Source: Paramecium tetraurelia (lineage: Eukaryota). From it: DNA of 64,000 nt. The stretch is from positions 124,001-188,000 of the forward strand of contig CT868163.1 in assembly GCA_000165425.1 (NCBI GenBank), given 5' to 3'. A model generated the notes under the pieces. It saw only the letters and a program-made list of their open reading frames with translations, made no database searches and was not told where the DNA came from. Every line of letters begins with the position of its first letter. The first letter of the stretch is position 1. Shown in pieces: positions 13,201 to 27,351 of the stretch. The translations under genes and the position numbers were made by a program.

Positions 13201-15962
13201 CAAATTTAAATCTTCAGGAACAAATAAGTAAGTCTCTTTATTTTATACAACTTGATTCCCATTCTCTAAATCAATTAGATTACCATATCTATTTTTGGGA
13301 GGAGCTTGTCCATTCATTAAGAACTCTATTCCTGTTGATTCTATCTCCCTGGATATAAATGGTAAGATCATCCAAATCAACACCTTATTATAAAACTCAT
13401 CGATCTACAATGGAGTATTCGACCATTTCTAATCAAACACATCATAACTGATTAAATTTAACATAATACCTTTCAGATTCGAATGATGATTTCTCTGATC
13501 CTGATTTCTATCCACTTTAATGCGCAAGCTCATCTTCATGATAGGTTCCTCCTTTATTATTAGTTACAACTCTCTACAATCTTTCAATCATTTTATATAG
13601 GCCTTTCGTTATACCCATTATATTTCCATTCACATCAAACAGAATGTGTTGAGCTCCTTTAAATGCAATATTCTTTAATTTCTTGCCTTCGTCTCCTACA
13701 AACTTTGGTTATTCCTCTTCCAATGACTTTAAACATCCGATCATTGTGAAATCATCTTCTAATTCTTAACTAAAATTATGTGCCAAATAAACTTAACATC
13801 TTATCAATGTTTTGTCATACAATTTTGCAAAAGTTTAAAAATACTTGCCAATTCTTGCTGTAACACCTCTTCGAATATAATTTTACATTATTTCATCATG
13901 AATTGCTTCAAGCCAAGGTGGCATCAAAGTATTAATATTTCCCTTTGTAAAATCAATGAAAGAATTAATTGGATTAGGAAACTTTCCAAATCCAAAAAAT
14001 TTTGGAATCAATGGAGATATTACCTTATTTAAAACTTTTCCAATATTCGGACCAAAAGCTATACATACTTTAACTGATATTGCTTCTCCTTTAAAAAAGT
14101 TTATGTTAGTTATTTCAAAGGAGTTCATGCTTTTCTCAAATTACAAGATTTCTCTCCTTTCTAATGATATTATTATACTTTACCTTTCTCCATTTCAAAA
14201 TACTTTCTCACATTATTAAACAATAACAGATTTATTAAAGCATTAACTTTTAAAAATTGAACATTAAAGGTTCTACCGTTATGATAAAATATTTGATAAT
14301 AAATGTTGAATTAATACATAACATCGTCTCGTAGTTTCTATAGTTTTTTTATCTGCTCTTCAATTTAAAGATAATCTGAAAATTTGGCCTCTTTAAATGA
14401 CTTCCAGAATTAAGATTTAAATTGACTAATCTCGGTTAATAGTGGGATCATATTTTGCTTAACTTACTCCATTTAATAAAGATTTTAGACTATACTTCTT
14501 TCACTCTTGCTCACCTATAACTTAACATTGGAAACTCTGGTCTCTTTATTTATATTGTAATCTTCATCTTTCTGCATTTAAGCCTAGAGTATGAACTGCA
14601 ATAATAAACACATCTATATGAAATAAAATGAATAATCTCGCTTTTTTTAAAAAAATATTTTTAATTCTTAATAGGTTTTTGGGGCATTGTGCTTGTATTT
14701 ATTAATAAAGGTTAAGAATTTAAGGCTGAATATTTCAAAAACTCTTAAATCTTGAGAATTTTATTTGTGTTTCTCGAAACTGCCTTTGAACAAACAAGAT
14801 ATTAAAAGCACAGTTTAATCAAATAATAATATTTTTGATGATCCTATTTTCTTGCATTAACATTTAGTTGAATTACATCGATTCATGTGAAGACTGAATT
14901 TTTATATTAATTCAATTTCCTTAGTTTTATTTTTCTATGCCAATTAACTCAACTCAAAGAAATCTTCGATGTATAACAACTCATAATATTGATTATTTGT
15001 CTTATTTATTGAAAGGTAAGCATTAGCTCTTTTGCTATCAAAAAGAATTTAAAACAAATATTATACAACTGGCTGCATAATTAACATGATAGTTGCCAAG
15101 CTGTAAGGACTTGCCGTGCTCTAAGCCTTGATTGAAGAGAATAGAAATACTACAGAATGAGTCATTAGAGCTCTATTTAATATGTAGCCTTATTAAGAAA
15201 ATCTAAAATTATTAGATTAATATCTTACCCAAAAGGTAATTAAAAGTATGCTTCGTAAATCTACATTAGCAATATTAATCCATGCAAAGCCCTACTCACG
15301 ATCTACATTATTTCATCGTTTTTCAAATATAATATAGCCATTGGAATTACTAATGTCTAAGCAATGATATTGTTGTATGAGAAGTGTTTCCTTAAATGTT
15401 GTTCGTTGAATTCGAAATTAACAAAATATACATTCGAAATAGTCAGACTCAATATTGTTATTATTAGAACAATTGTAGCTAAAATCACAAGTCTGGTATC
15501 TGATTGGACCAAATTCCATCCGATATAATATAATTGAGGCAAATACAGAAACCAAGTGAAATATAAAAAATAAAAGTTAATTATCATAGTTGAGATCTAA
15601 ATATGTTATAATATTCATACTTGTAATATGCTCTTAGATATATTACCTACTTTCTTATTCACATTCTTAATTCTTCGATAAATCACAATAAGGTATGGAA
15701 TGAAATTTATTAAAATGATAAGTACTCCAATCAGTATGTTGATTTCATAAGTCTCTATAAATATTGGAGTTATCAAACTAATTTTCGATAAAGCATTAAT
15801 TAAACGATAAATGTATTCATGATTTTCGCTGATTAAGAAATATGTTAACTGCAAATAGTATATTGTTATCTAAAAGGTTGTGAAGTAAGAATTATTTAAT
15901 GATGGTGATAGATTGGTTTAAATGATCAAACTTATGAATTCCCCTAAAAAATTCCATTTCAT
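10219..15962 (-). CDS. Very large multi-pass membrane protein with PAS-like domain (TmcB/'PAS S-box' ciliate family)
   Basis: N-terminal TM cluster (MKWNFLGEFISLII...), PAS-like GNINTLMPPWLEAIHDEIMQNYIRRG, ILFDVNGNIMGIT, acidic linker, C-terminal TM pairs ending LLLLSPKRYLNKSMGLLTQKKL*. Confidence 0.8.
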
Positions 15963-16478
15963 ATTTTAATTCAATTTTTATATTGCAGAAATTATCAAAA
16001 TTAAGCTAAATATAATAAATCTCGATCATTTAAATCAGTTGCTAAATAAAAGAAAAAACTATTTGATGACATCTATATTGTTTATAACTTAAGACTCGGT
16101 AAGCTTCTTTTCTAAATATATTCTCAAAATTGTATATCTAATTTACTATTTTTAGAAATATTCTTATCTAAATTTGCAGCTTTATGTATAATATTATATT
16201 CCTAATTTTTAAATATCACCCTTAGAATATGATAAGTAAATCAATTTTTAATTTTTGTCGGCTGATTCCATTTTTTACTTTATTCTACTTTATTCTTTGC
16301 AATTTTTAAATGAAAGATATAATCAAAAAAGGATAAACAACAAATTTGACGTTCACCTACAAATTCATAATTGCATTTTCATTCAACAATTACAATAAAA
16401 CGATGGATATCTGATGTGTAAAAATTTTCAAGTTTATAGAGCATTAATTACTTAAATTGGAAATCTAACCATAAATTA

Positions 16479-17163
16479 ATGAAGAATTTATTTATAATTG
16501 GATGTCTATTGTAGCTCATCAATTGTGTTTCAATAGGAGTTGAAGGAGGGTCAGTAAAATGTTTCTTTTTTGATGGTTATGATGGATAAATAGTCAAGGT
16601 GCCCTATGTTGTAACAGGAATAAATGAAGAAAATGTTTTTGTGGAAGTATATATAATGTTGTATTAGTTATTTGAAACAATCTTAGAAAACAATATTGAA
16701 TATAACAAAACTTTAGAATCTTAAGAAGGGAAAAGAGAAGGATAATTAAAACATCTTGTCAAAGGAAAAAAAGAAATTTATTTATGCTTTTAATCTAATG
16801 ATAGTTACTATAAAATATTCAGCTTTGATTTGGATATTAGTGGAGTAGATAAGAACTTTGCTGATAAAAGTATTATTGATATTTGAATAAATTATAGACT
16901 AAATGGATGAGACTGAAGGATCATTAAAATAAGTATTATCGAAGATGCATAAAGTTTATAGAAATCAACACTTTTAAATTGACCGAGAGAATTACCATGA
17001 GAAATGTATATCATTAAATATATTCTTAGTGATGGAAAGCACTGAAAATTAAGTAAAGTGGTGTGCTTTATGTAAAATTGTAGTTTTGATGAGCGTGTGT
17101 TTAATATAAATTTATATGTTAACTAATTTCTTTAAGGATAAGAGTTTTGGACCCAGTGTTTGA
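16479..17163 (+). CDS. emp24/gp25L/p24 (GOLD domain, TMED) cargo receptor
   Basis: Signal peptide MKNLFIIGCLLQLINC, GOLD cysteines (KCFF, YLCF), RNQHFQIDRENYH, ESTENQVKW, TM, tail FFKDKSFGPSV*; three introns. Confidence 0.9.
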
Positions 17164-18047
17164 GTATAACATATAATAAAATAGGCTTATAGATATATAA
17201 ATTAAATATCATTTAATATAATTTTATGAATAACTAACTACCTTTGAAATAATAATAAGGAAGAGATAAGGGTTAATTGATATACTTTATATCACTAACT
17301 TTTGATTGTTATAATAATAGAATAAAATAAAATCTATTTCAATTCTCTAATAAAACTCGATCTATTTAATGACTAATAAAATAAACTCTCTAAACCATTA
17401 AGCAATACAAAATATTAAGTAAATTATACTATTTGAGATCTAAAAAAGCTGTAAAATTTGTTATTAATTGAAAGTAATAATAGAAATTATGATGCAATCT
17501 TATTGTATTTTATAAAAGTAAGTTTGTTTTAATTTGGATATATATATATTTGTAACTCTATAGAAAATATTTCTACTTATTCTAAATATTTGTAACTTAA
17601 AGCAAAATCTTATAATTTGTCTTTGACCTAATTGAAATTATAATAATTCCATAGACAACAGGAAAATTAGCTGGCAATAATCATCATTACATTTTTTAAA
17701 AGCAATTTAAAAATTTCAACATTAATAATAGAACCACCTAATTCCTCTTTCTCATATTTAATCATTTTATTTTTGGATGCAAAGTCATATGGATGATTAC
17801 TATAAAATAGGCCTTTAAAAAATAGAGAATAACCATTTTGTTGGTAGTTTACAAATAAAGGATAAAATAAATTGATTTTCTGCTATGTCGTATAGTAGAA
17901 AATTTATAATATCAAATTATTTGTGCCTATTTAATGGGTTATCTATAGATAAGTATTATGAAACAAAATTTATTCATTTTTTATATATAAATATAATTTT
18001 ATAAATATTTTATTGGCGTATTAATTTAAATTTGAAGTTGAATAAAT

Positions 18048-19629
18048 ATGAGCAAAAGTAAGATTATTATGTAAATAAGAAAAGAGAGTTTCTTGGTTTT
18101 TTGAAAGTCAACAGGAACCAAAAGATGAATAAAATCAATCATCTTTATAAATTAACACAGTTGAAGAACCAAAGTAGGATTAAAGAATGCCATCGTAATA
18201 AATCACTCAACCAGCGTAGGTAGTTTCTTAAGCTCCATAACCGATGCCATCTTCTTAATTTGATCTGGAAAGCAATAGAACTAGAAAAGTTTCCTTTATT
18301 CCATTTATTGGAAAAGTTGCTGAATCAACACCGCCAAAATTGAGTCCAATTTCTGAAGAGCAGCCAAGTTCTAAAAAGCAAGAACCTCAGTAAAATGAGT
18401 TGCCTGTTGCTTAATCAATTTAAATTCAATATTCTATACAAAAATAGGCACCGATTTAAAATTAACTTATTCAAACGTCATAATAACTACAATAAAGAAC
18501 ACCAAAAGCAATTCGAATGGAGGAAAACACTGGAAAATAATCCTATAGAAAAAATGTGAAACCTGTTGAAATTGATATAGTAAAGGATCTATAATAGTTA
18601 AATTCTTTAGCTGAAATGAATGATGCTACATTGAAAAGAGTTATTACCAGAGAAGAATAAGAAATTTTACAAATTTAAGATGTGTTGTACCAAAGGATAA
18701 GCAAACTTCAATAGAAATTAATTTAATTAAATGACATTGAATAAAAGTAACTTGATTCAAAGATGAATAATAATAATAAAGTGGATTAAATACAAGATAG
18801 AGAAGATTTATTTGAAAATTAGTTAGATGAACCAAAACAGTAGGAATAAAATAAAGGATCTTCTTAGCAAATAAGAGCTATGTTGATCTAATGTCTTGGA
18901 TATCAAGTAAGTAGCATCTATTATGATAAAAAACGATATTAAATAACATTTACATATAAATAGGCCAATGTTCAATACACATTTTAGAATTAGAAATAGA
19001 TTGATGGCAATTTAGAAATTTAAGATATCTTTAATGAGTTCTATAGAGAATTGCAAGAAAATAGATTGGTATTATCTGGCTTAAAGATTGATTACAAATA
19101 AAAAACAGAAATAAATAAAGGAGAAATAGTTTAATTATCATTGAAACATTAGTTTTAAAATTCTAATAAGATGGCTAATGAGATAATATTTTCAGCAATT
19201 CATTAAATGCCAATATTGTTATCGAAAGTTGATGAATTAGAATAATAATTACTTGTTAGTAATAATATTTGGGGTACTTTATGGAGACTTGATTCAGAAA
19301 AGGGCTTCATTTAAATTTTATTCAGTCATAGATATAGAATAGATGATAAAAATTTATTACTTAACTCAAAAAAGAAAGTATTAAGATTTGAAATAAATTT
19401 AAGAACTTTCGAAATTCAATATTAATTTTACAAATATTTTGATGAAATAATATCACCATTCATTTAAAAAGACTCTAAGAGAAAATAAAGTGCTAAAGAA
19501 ATCTCAGTTGGTGAAAGAGCAGAAGGTTTAGTGAGTGATGAATTTACAGAGACAATTTAAGAGTATTTATTGCGAAAACCTAATTTATCACATCTTGTAG
19601 AGTGGTTGAATATTATATAACTCAATTGA
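18048..19629 (+). CDS. Hypothetical protein with Q/P-rich N-terminus and two RVxF-like motifs
   Basis: MSK|KKRVSWFFESQQEPK after a 22-nt intron; RTRKVSFIP; ends VEWLNIIQLN*. Confidence 0.75.
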
Positions 19630-19667
19630 AATTACAAGTGTTTTTCATTAAATAAAAATTATTATTA

Positions 19668-22118
19668 ATGCTCAACGCTTCTGAATAGGCTGCCACTTCC
19701 AATTTAAATGACAAATTAGAGGATCTTAAAAAAATAATGAAGCAATTCTCAAAGTATACAACTGATTCATAAAATGAATTTGACACACATTTTAAGAAAT
19801 ATGGACCATTTAACAAATAATATACATCATAAATTTCACTATCAGTAAATGATCCAATTAGTTTAGGTATATGACTATATTTATTTTAAGGACATAATTT
19901 GATGGAATTCATACAACTTTTTGAATTGATCTCAAAATCTACACTTTCATCATTTTCAGAATTTTAGTAATTCTTTTCTCAAAGCATCGAATAATATAAT
20001 GAGAAAATGAATATTTTCACAAAAATAATAACAGATGGTAATTTTTAACAATCGCAATAACTCGCATAACAAAGATAAAATTGCAAAAAAGCCAAAGATA
20101 AATACGATAAACTCTGTAAAGAAATAGAAATGACTTTGAATTCTGGTAAGAAAAACTCAGAAGATGTTTTAACTGGTTACGATCTCAATCTATCCCAAAA
20201 GAACGATTAAAAATTGAAGGAATTAGTTAAGTAAGTGGAACCTGCAGAATAATAATACAAAGATGCTTTTGATAGTTTAATTATTAGAACTAAAGAATTT
20301 AATTAAGCTATTGATGATTCAAGGTAGTAATTAATTCAAGCACATTAATTAACCTATTAAAGGTTTGTAGAAATCACAATGAAACTTGATTAGCACAAGT
20401 TATCAGCAAATTGTTGGATCAAAGGTTAGATGGATGAGAAGTAAGAAAAGATTATAACTATGCCCAAATATGAATAAGACATGGAGGATCGAATAATAAC
20501 ATCTAAATATGAATAAGATAATTCTTTCAGATATATCAACATTATGAATAAAGTTATAGAAAAAAAACCTGTAACAGATTAAGAATATTTGATGTTTCCA
20601 GATGTCTTGCATAAACATATTGATGCTTAATTGTCTTTTATAAATGATAGAATTAAAAATTAAAAGACTCTGCCAAATTATCTAATCGAAATGTCAAATT
20701 AAATGGATGCACTTTCAAAAAACTTATAAAAATCGATAAAATCAACATTATAATTCATTTAAGTAATTAACTTTATCATTTATTTAGGATAAATCAGACA
20801 AAGATAAGTCCAATTTTATCAAACCTATACTTTAAGTATAAGAACTATTGGTTAAATAAAATGAGTAATATTCCAAAAAGTATAACTAATAATCGCAATT
20901 TATTTAATTGAAAGCTTAATGCCTAGATTAATTAATAAAGGAATAAAAAAATTAAGAAAAAAGTTTTCTAAATATGTATTAGAAGATGTTAAAAGATTTT
21001 TAAGGTCTAAAGTAATAAATTGTAGAGAATGAGTAAAAACCGGCGATCAAAGATAATTTATTTTAAACATTAAAGAAGTAAATTTAAGAAAATTGCATAG
21101 CAATTAAGTATTCTGTTGAGTAAGTAAGAGCAAATGAATTTCAAAGATCAAATTAAATCATTTAAACTTTAGAATAAATATTAAATCATTATAGTTCATT
21201 CATTGATGAAATTGTAACATAAACTAAACAGCAAGAAGAATCTCTTAGTTAAATTTAGGAGAAGATATCATAAATTGAATATGGAACAATGATTATAACG
21301 AAACTTGATTAGCAAGATTTGAAATTTTAAAAAATCTTTGAAATGACTGATGAAATCAAGTCTAAAATAGAAACAGCTATATTACTCCAACAATAAGAAG
21401 AAAGTGAAAGTGATGATATAAATTTGGAAGAAGGTTCGGTTAAAGTTTCTTAAAAACTTATTGAAAAGTTTAGAATTTTAGAAGGGGATAAATGCATTGC
21501 AAGTTATGCATGTGCATTCGATAACAAAATTCTATTACAAGGAAGAATGTACATTTTCTCATCTAAGGTTTGCTTCCATTCATATTTTAATGGCAAAGTA
21601 TTTAATTTAATTTATAAAGACTCTCTTTGGAACTACTGCTTTAGGCATTCCATCAATTGATATATAAAGTATAAGGAGAGTTAAAGCATATATGGTTGAT
21701 GCAGCCCTAGAGTTTAAAACATTAAAAGGAACATTAGTCTTTGCAAGTTTAGCGAATCGAGACGGAACATTAGGAAGCTTAAAATAGGTAAAAGGTTTAG
21801 AATCAGGAGTTATTGAAGAAAGAATTGAAAATGAACCAGAAAGAAATATACAACAGGTTTATGTGGAAACCTAATAAATAGCAAAGACGTAAGAAAAGTA
21901 ATAAGTCATTCGAAGTCCTTCTCCAAAACCCTAAAATTTTTAAGCTGAATCAATAAATTTGAAAAATATAGAATCAAGCGATAAATTATAATAAATTGAA
22001 TAAAGTCCAAAAAATTTAAATTTCTAATAATAACCATAGTAACAACAATAACAATAATAACAATAATAATAATAATAACAATAATAACAATAATAATAAT
22101 AACAATAATAATAATAGC

Positions 22119-22156
<38 letters not shown>

Positions 22157-23341
22157 CATCAGCAATAATAGTAAATTCCTTAAATTAAAACTAATGAATA
22201 AAATTAATAGTCTGAAGAGAAAAGGTCTTCTCAAGAACCAACTTCCTAATAAAAATAAAGTTAAGTAATCGATTAATAAGGAACAACAGAGCAATAACAA
22301 TAGCAAGCCACAATAAGCAATGCAGACAATTAAGGCTAATCTAATCCTGCCCTACCAAAAGTCTCTTAATTTGAAGTTGATTAAACAAATAATTAATCTA
22401 ATAGTCTATATAATGAAATTATGGTTTAAAATAAATCCACTAGATACATGAATTAACCTACAATTTAAAAATTCAAAATTTAATTAAAAGTGAGCGTGAA
22501 AGAATTTTTGGATTTCTTCTTATTAGATAACCCTTATGAAAATTGCTTATCATTCCCTCATTACTATTAAGTTGTGTTGTGTTTAGATAAGGAAATTAAT
22601 TTCTAAAAGTATCAACCTTAACCATAGATTGGACAGATCTCAAAAAGACCAATCAATCTTATTCATCCAGTTAAAGAAAAATAAATGTTTGCCCCAGATG
22701 TGGTTCATTGTTTGGCAGAAGATGTCCAATATTATCTCGATCAAGATGAAAGCGTGTTAGAAAAGGAAGTAAAATTTGCTAAAATACCTTATGCAGACAG
22801 TTTTTGTTGTCGAGTATTTTGGCATATTCATTAAATAGAAGATGGATGCCAAGTAAATTATGGATATTATATCCATTTTATGAAATCAACTGTTTTCAAA
22901 AGTAAAATTGAAAGTAGTAGTAAAAAAGAAAACACTGAGGTTTGGGAGAAGTGTTTGAAACAAGCCTATGAAGAAGGGCAAAATAAAATAATATCAAAAA
23001 GAGTATAAAATGAGAGATAGCAACCAAAAGCTGAAGTTGAGATTAAGTAAGAAATAGAAGTTTAAGTTGAAAAAGTAAGCTAAAACAGGGAAAAAGAAGA
23101 AGCTCCATAGGTAATTCTTGAACAAGTGTAATAAGAATCTTAAATCTTGCTTGAGAGTAATTAAAATCAACAATAAAATTAATAATAATTAATTGAAAAT
23201 AAAGTTAAGGAAGTCTTCGTAGAAAAGTAGTAATAACCAGTGTAATAAGACTTGAATATCAAATTAGATAGGTTGACTTAATTGGCTTACGCAATTATTG
23301 GTCTTTTAATGATCAATATTTTGTTTACAATCGGAAAATGA
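19668..23341 (+). CDS. LAM/Aster/GRAMD1-family lipid transfer protein (F-BAR-like coils + GRAM + polyQ + VASt + C-terminal TM)
   Basis: GRAM: IASYACAFDNKILLQGRMYIFSSKVCFHSYFNGK; VASt: IPYADSFCCRVFWHI...IHFMKSTVFKSKIE; TM LAYAIIGLLMINILFTI. Confidence 0.88.
22037..22156 (+). repeat. (TAA/CAA/TAG)n trinucleotide tract encoding 40 consecutive Gln
   Basis: 120 nt in frame within the GRAM-VASt gene; the antisense poly-Leu ORF in the track is its mirror. Confidence 0.9.
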
Positions 23342-23397
23342 GTTTATGAATAACAAATATTATATTATTATTTCATTAATAATTATTACAATTAAAG

Positions 23398-23674
23398 ATG
23401 TCTTATAAACCAAGACCAGAAAATAAATTAAAACAAGATTAATTCACTAAAGAAATCAAACCAAATAATTTGCCAAATAATATCTTGAATATTAGCAACA
23501 GTCAAGAAATTTATTTCAATACTAAAGGCTACTATTAGGATTTATAATTGAGAATATAATGTTAAAAAACATAGGTATTTCATTCTTATTATGTAGTTGG
23601 ATGGAATTTTAGAGAAAAGCTTAAAAATATTGGATGAGGAATAGCAAAAATAATAATATGAAGGAATAATTTGA
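23398..23674 (+). CDS. Small hypothetical protein (~84 aa)
   Basis: MSYKPRPENKLKQDQFTKEIKP..., one GTA...TAG intron, ends LDEEQQKQQYEGII*. Confidence 0.5.
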
Positions 23675-24580
23675 ATTTATATATATATTTATATGTATTA
23701 TTAAGTATTCGTTAATATTAATATTTTAAAAAATAAAAAAATTAACTGATCAAAAATCTAAATAATTTTTCCATTTTCTTTATAATAATTGATTAAGTAA
23801 ATGTTTAAAAAATACTTAAGGATTAAAAAATTCTATTTATTCATTATGTTTATAGATGAAATAAAAAATATTAGAAACTAATATGAAACATTTATGATAG
23901 ACAAAACCATAACTATTAGCTTATCAAATATATTTACTAATTCTAAATAATATTTAAATATGAGAATATATTTTATTATTTTTAATTGAAGGATAAAATT
24001 TCATAACATTTAATGATAAATTTTGATAATGAGAAGAATCAGCTTAAATTTTTTCAAATATTTATTGTATCTATTATGAATAAATCTAGTGATAAGCTAA
24101 TATGTAAGATTAAAAGCTGAATCTAACATAAAAACTTATAACATCAGAGTAGCATAGAGTGTTAATGAAGATGGTTTGATAAAAATGATAAGATATTACG
24201 GAATGAATTAGATTGAGATAACTAAGCATGTAGTAGAAGGAAGAATTTTACTAAATTTACTTAGCTAGTGCGAAACAAAATGAAATGATATAAGTATTGA
24301 TGGAATTAATATAACTCAAATATTAAAGAACTACCAACTCTTTCTAAATTTACTAAAACGTTTTCAATTATATTCTAAGAAATTTCATTTTCACTATGAG
24401 GATTTACTATTCAAATTAGAATACAGAATTATCTGTTTGAAGAAACGACTGGAAAAAATTTAGCAAAGCAAAGTTAAATTGGGATTTCAAACTTAAAAAA
24501 TGATAAATCTCTGCATAAAGTATTATAATAAATGACTTAGATCTATTGATAGAAAATTTGTCAGAGTGATAGCAATAATA

Positions 24581-25554
24581 TCAATTATTATTCACTAATC
24601 TACCATTCTCAAATATACATTCTTTTTTAACGCCATCCTCAACAATAAATCCTTTACCATGTTATTTTCCTTGATTCCAACCTCCTATGTACACTTTACC
24701 ATTTTCCCATGTGAATTATCCTTATCCATGTTTTTTATCATTTTCATATTCTCCTACATAATGTTTGCCATCAGGCCAAAACGTTTCACCTTTCCCTATA
24801 AACTAGTTAATGAATTAAATATACCATTCATTTGATTATCTTTCCATTGTCCCTTATAATATTTTCCTTATTACCAATAAAATTCTCCATTGCCACAAAC
24901 CTAATTATTAATAAATTCTCCTTCATATCTACTGCCATCTTCAAATATGATTTTCCCTCTTCCATGTTTTTTACCTTTTACATATTAACCCTATAAATCT
25001 AATAATACTTAATTAAAAAACTTCATATTTAATTTATTATGGCCATTCTTCTATTCCATCACCATGTTAGAGGTCATCTTTCCATTATCCAGTATAAGTA
25101 CTTTGATTGCACTATTTGAAAATTCCTAAACCATTTGCTAAATCATTAGACCACTCCCCTTCATAAACATCTCCATTTGGGTGGATAATTTAACCTTTTC
25201 CATGCAATTAATCATTTTAAAACTAGCCTGTATATACTGTATTGTCACTCCAAGTCTATAGTTTAAATATTCTCATACATAAATTCCTGATCCATGCCTC
25301 ATTCCATTCAACCATTCTCCTTCATAATATCCCATATTCTTCATTTACATCTTATGAAATTTTGTTAAGGTAGTTGCATTTTTGACTAATTCTTCATCCT
25401 CTAAATTCAAAGGAATGGAATCTTAAATTAAATTTCATAACTCACCAGCGTTGCTAATAATAGTTTGTTTAGATGGGACTTTTTAAACAGGTTTTAGTTA
25501 AATTTCTGATTCCACTTAAGAAGTTTGATGGCAATTTTTACAAGCTGACCCCAT
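24581..25554 (-). CDS. MORN-repeat protein with predicted N-terminal myristoylation/palmitoylation
   Basis: Starts MGSACKNC; tandem repeats YEGEWLNGMRHGSG, YEGEWSNDLANGLG, YVGEYENDKKHGQG, YIGGWNQGKQHG. Confidence 0.9.
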
Positions 25555-25668
25555 CTTTTCTAGTTATTATTATTATTGAAAAATTGATTATAAGTTTTCA
25601 AGTAATTACTTTGAAATTAAAAAAATTCACAATCACTTAATTTATGAATTATCACTATATATAAAATA

Positions 25669-27351
25669 TCATTCTTTTTCTTAACTCTTACTGTCTTTAA
25701 CCTTTTTTGCTAAAGCATCTGATAACAAAGAAAGCAGACTTATCTCATAGTCAATTTGAGAAACCTTCTTATTTTGAGTCTATTTTTTTAACTCTTCATT
25801 CTATTTTTTTAATTATTAGTTATGTTCTTAAAATTATTTAATTTTATCTGTTAAAAATGAAATTTATTAAGATTATTGAAGTTATGATTCAAATTTGCTT
25901 TTCTAATTCTTACTTTCCAATTCCATCTTCACTTCATTGTTTTCTGCTTGTAACTCTTTTATTTTTTCTTCCATTTTATGATTTTCTTTTATATAGTAGT
26001 CTCTTTCGAAATTTTCGTTTTTGGCATTCGTTGATAACTTCATTTCTTAAGCCAATTATTGATTATTGGTACTTGTTATTTTAGGCATATCTTCTTCTTC
26101 AGTTTAATGCAAAGTCTCAAGTAAATCTTAAAGTTCTCTAATTTTTTATCCATATTCAGTTTCCATAGTTTTCATCTATTCCTACGATCTTTCCAATCTA
26201 GCTTTATTTTATTATAACTCTAATTCTAAATTTAATTTGGATTCTTTCAACTCTGATTATTAAATTAATAACTCCTTAATATTTTACTTTAATGTAGCCA
26301 TTTCTTTTTCATATCTTTCTTTACCTTTTTAGTATACATCTTTGTCCAATTCTCTTCTTTCTTGTAGCTAATTAATATTTGGAATCTCTTACGCTTTCAA
26401 TTTTTTATTCTAATTTTTCATTCTCTTGTAATTTATATTTGTTTTGCTAGTATTCTTCCTTTAATTAAATAAATTAGATTTCTTTCCTTTTCAAATCTTC
26501 AATAATTAATTCATATTATGCCAATTTGTGTTCTTATTCCAAACATTTTTTATGTATTTTCTCGCTTTCCTTAAACTCAAGCTAAAAGTCCATCTTCTCC
26601 TCCAAACCTTAAATTGTTTATAAAATTGCTTACATTTTTCTAAATGACATTTAGATTCTGTGAGTGCCTTGATTTCCATTTCTTTGTTCTCCATTTAGAC
26701 CAAGGCATCATCCAGGGCACTTTTTAATGTTTTTTATTTCTCTTCAGATTCATTTAATAATTATTTAAGTTCTGTATTTTAAGTTTCAATTTCATCCATT
26801 TTTTATACCAGACTTTGAATATAGTTTTCCTCTTGCCATTCATTTACTTGATTCTCTGACTTTATTTTATATTATTTATTATACTTCATCTAGTTGATTT
26901 TTAAGAAAATGCATTAAAGTTTCTTAATCTTTCTCCTCTAACATTAAAATAGGCTCAATAAATTTTCCTCTTAAGTTCGAAGATAGAATAACTTTCATTA
27001 TCAGTTCAAATAAGGCCAAAATTTATTGCCTATTTTAATTTACTGCAATCTCGAAAACATCTATTTCTATATAATCAGGTGGCTTGCATTGAATATTCGT
27101 TCGATATTATTAAACTTTTTAAAGCATATCGATCAAATGACCTTGAACCTTCTAAGCATCAATTTCAATCTTTAAGTTTTTAGCACTCGCCAAAGAAAAG
27201 AATGTAGGATCAACTAAATTCAACAATTAACTAAATGCACATCCTTTAATTTTTAAAATATATCTTTACCATCAGCCAAACTCTCAAACGACTAAATATT
27301 CAATTATTAATATTTATTAAGCCACTGAACAATAGCATTCTCTAAACTCAT
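25669..27351 (-). CDS. HOOK-family protein (N-terminal Hook/CH domain + long coiled coil)
   Basis: MSLENAIVQWLN...FESLADG|YAFSQLLNLVDPTFF; LFELIMKVILSSNLRGKFIEPILMLEEKDQETLM; then K/E/Q coiled coil. Confidence 0.75.

Noticed and set aside
22016..22306. Poly-Leu ORF in the supplied track
   Set aside because: It is the antisense reading of the polyQ tract in the GRAM-VASt gene.
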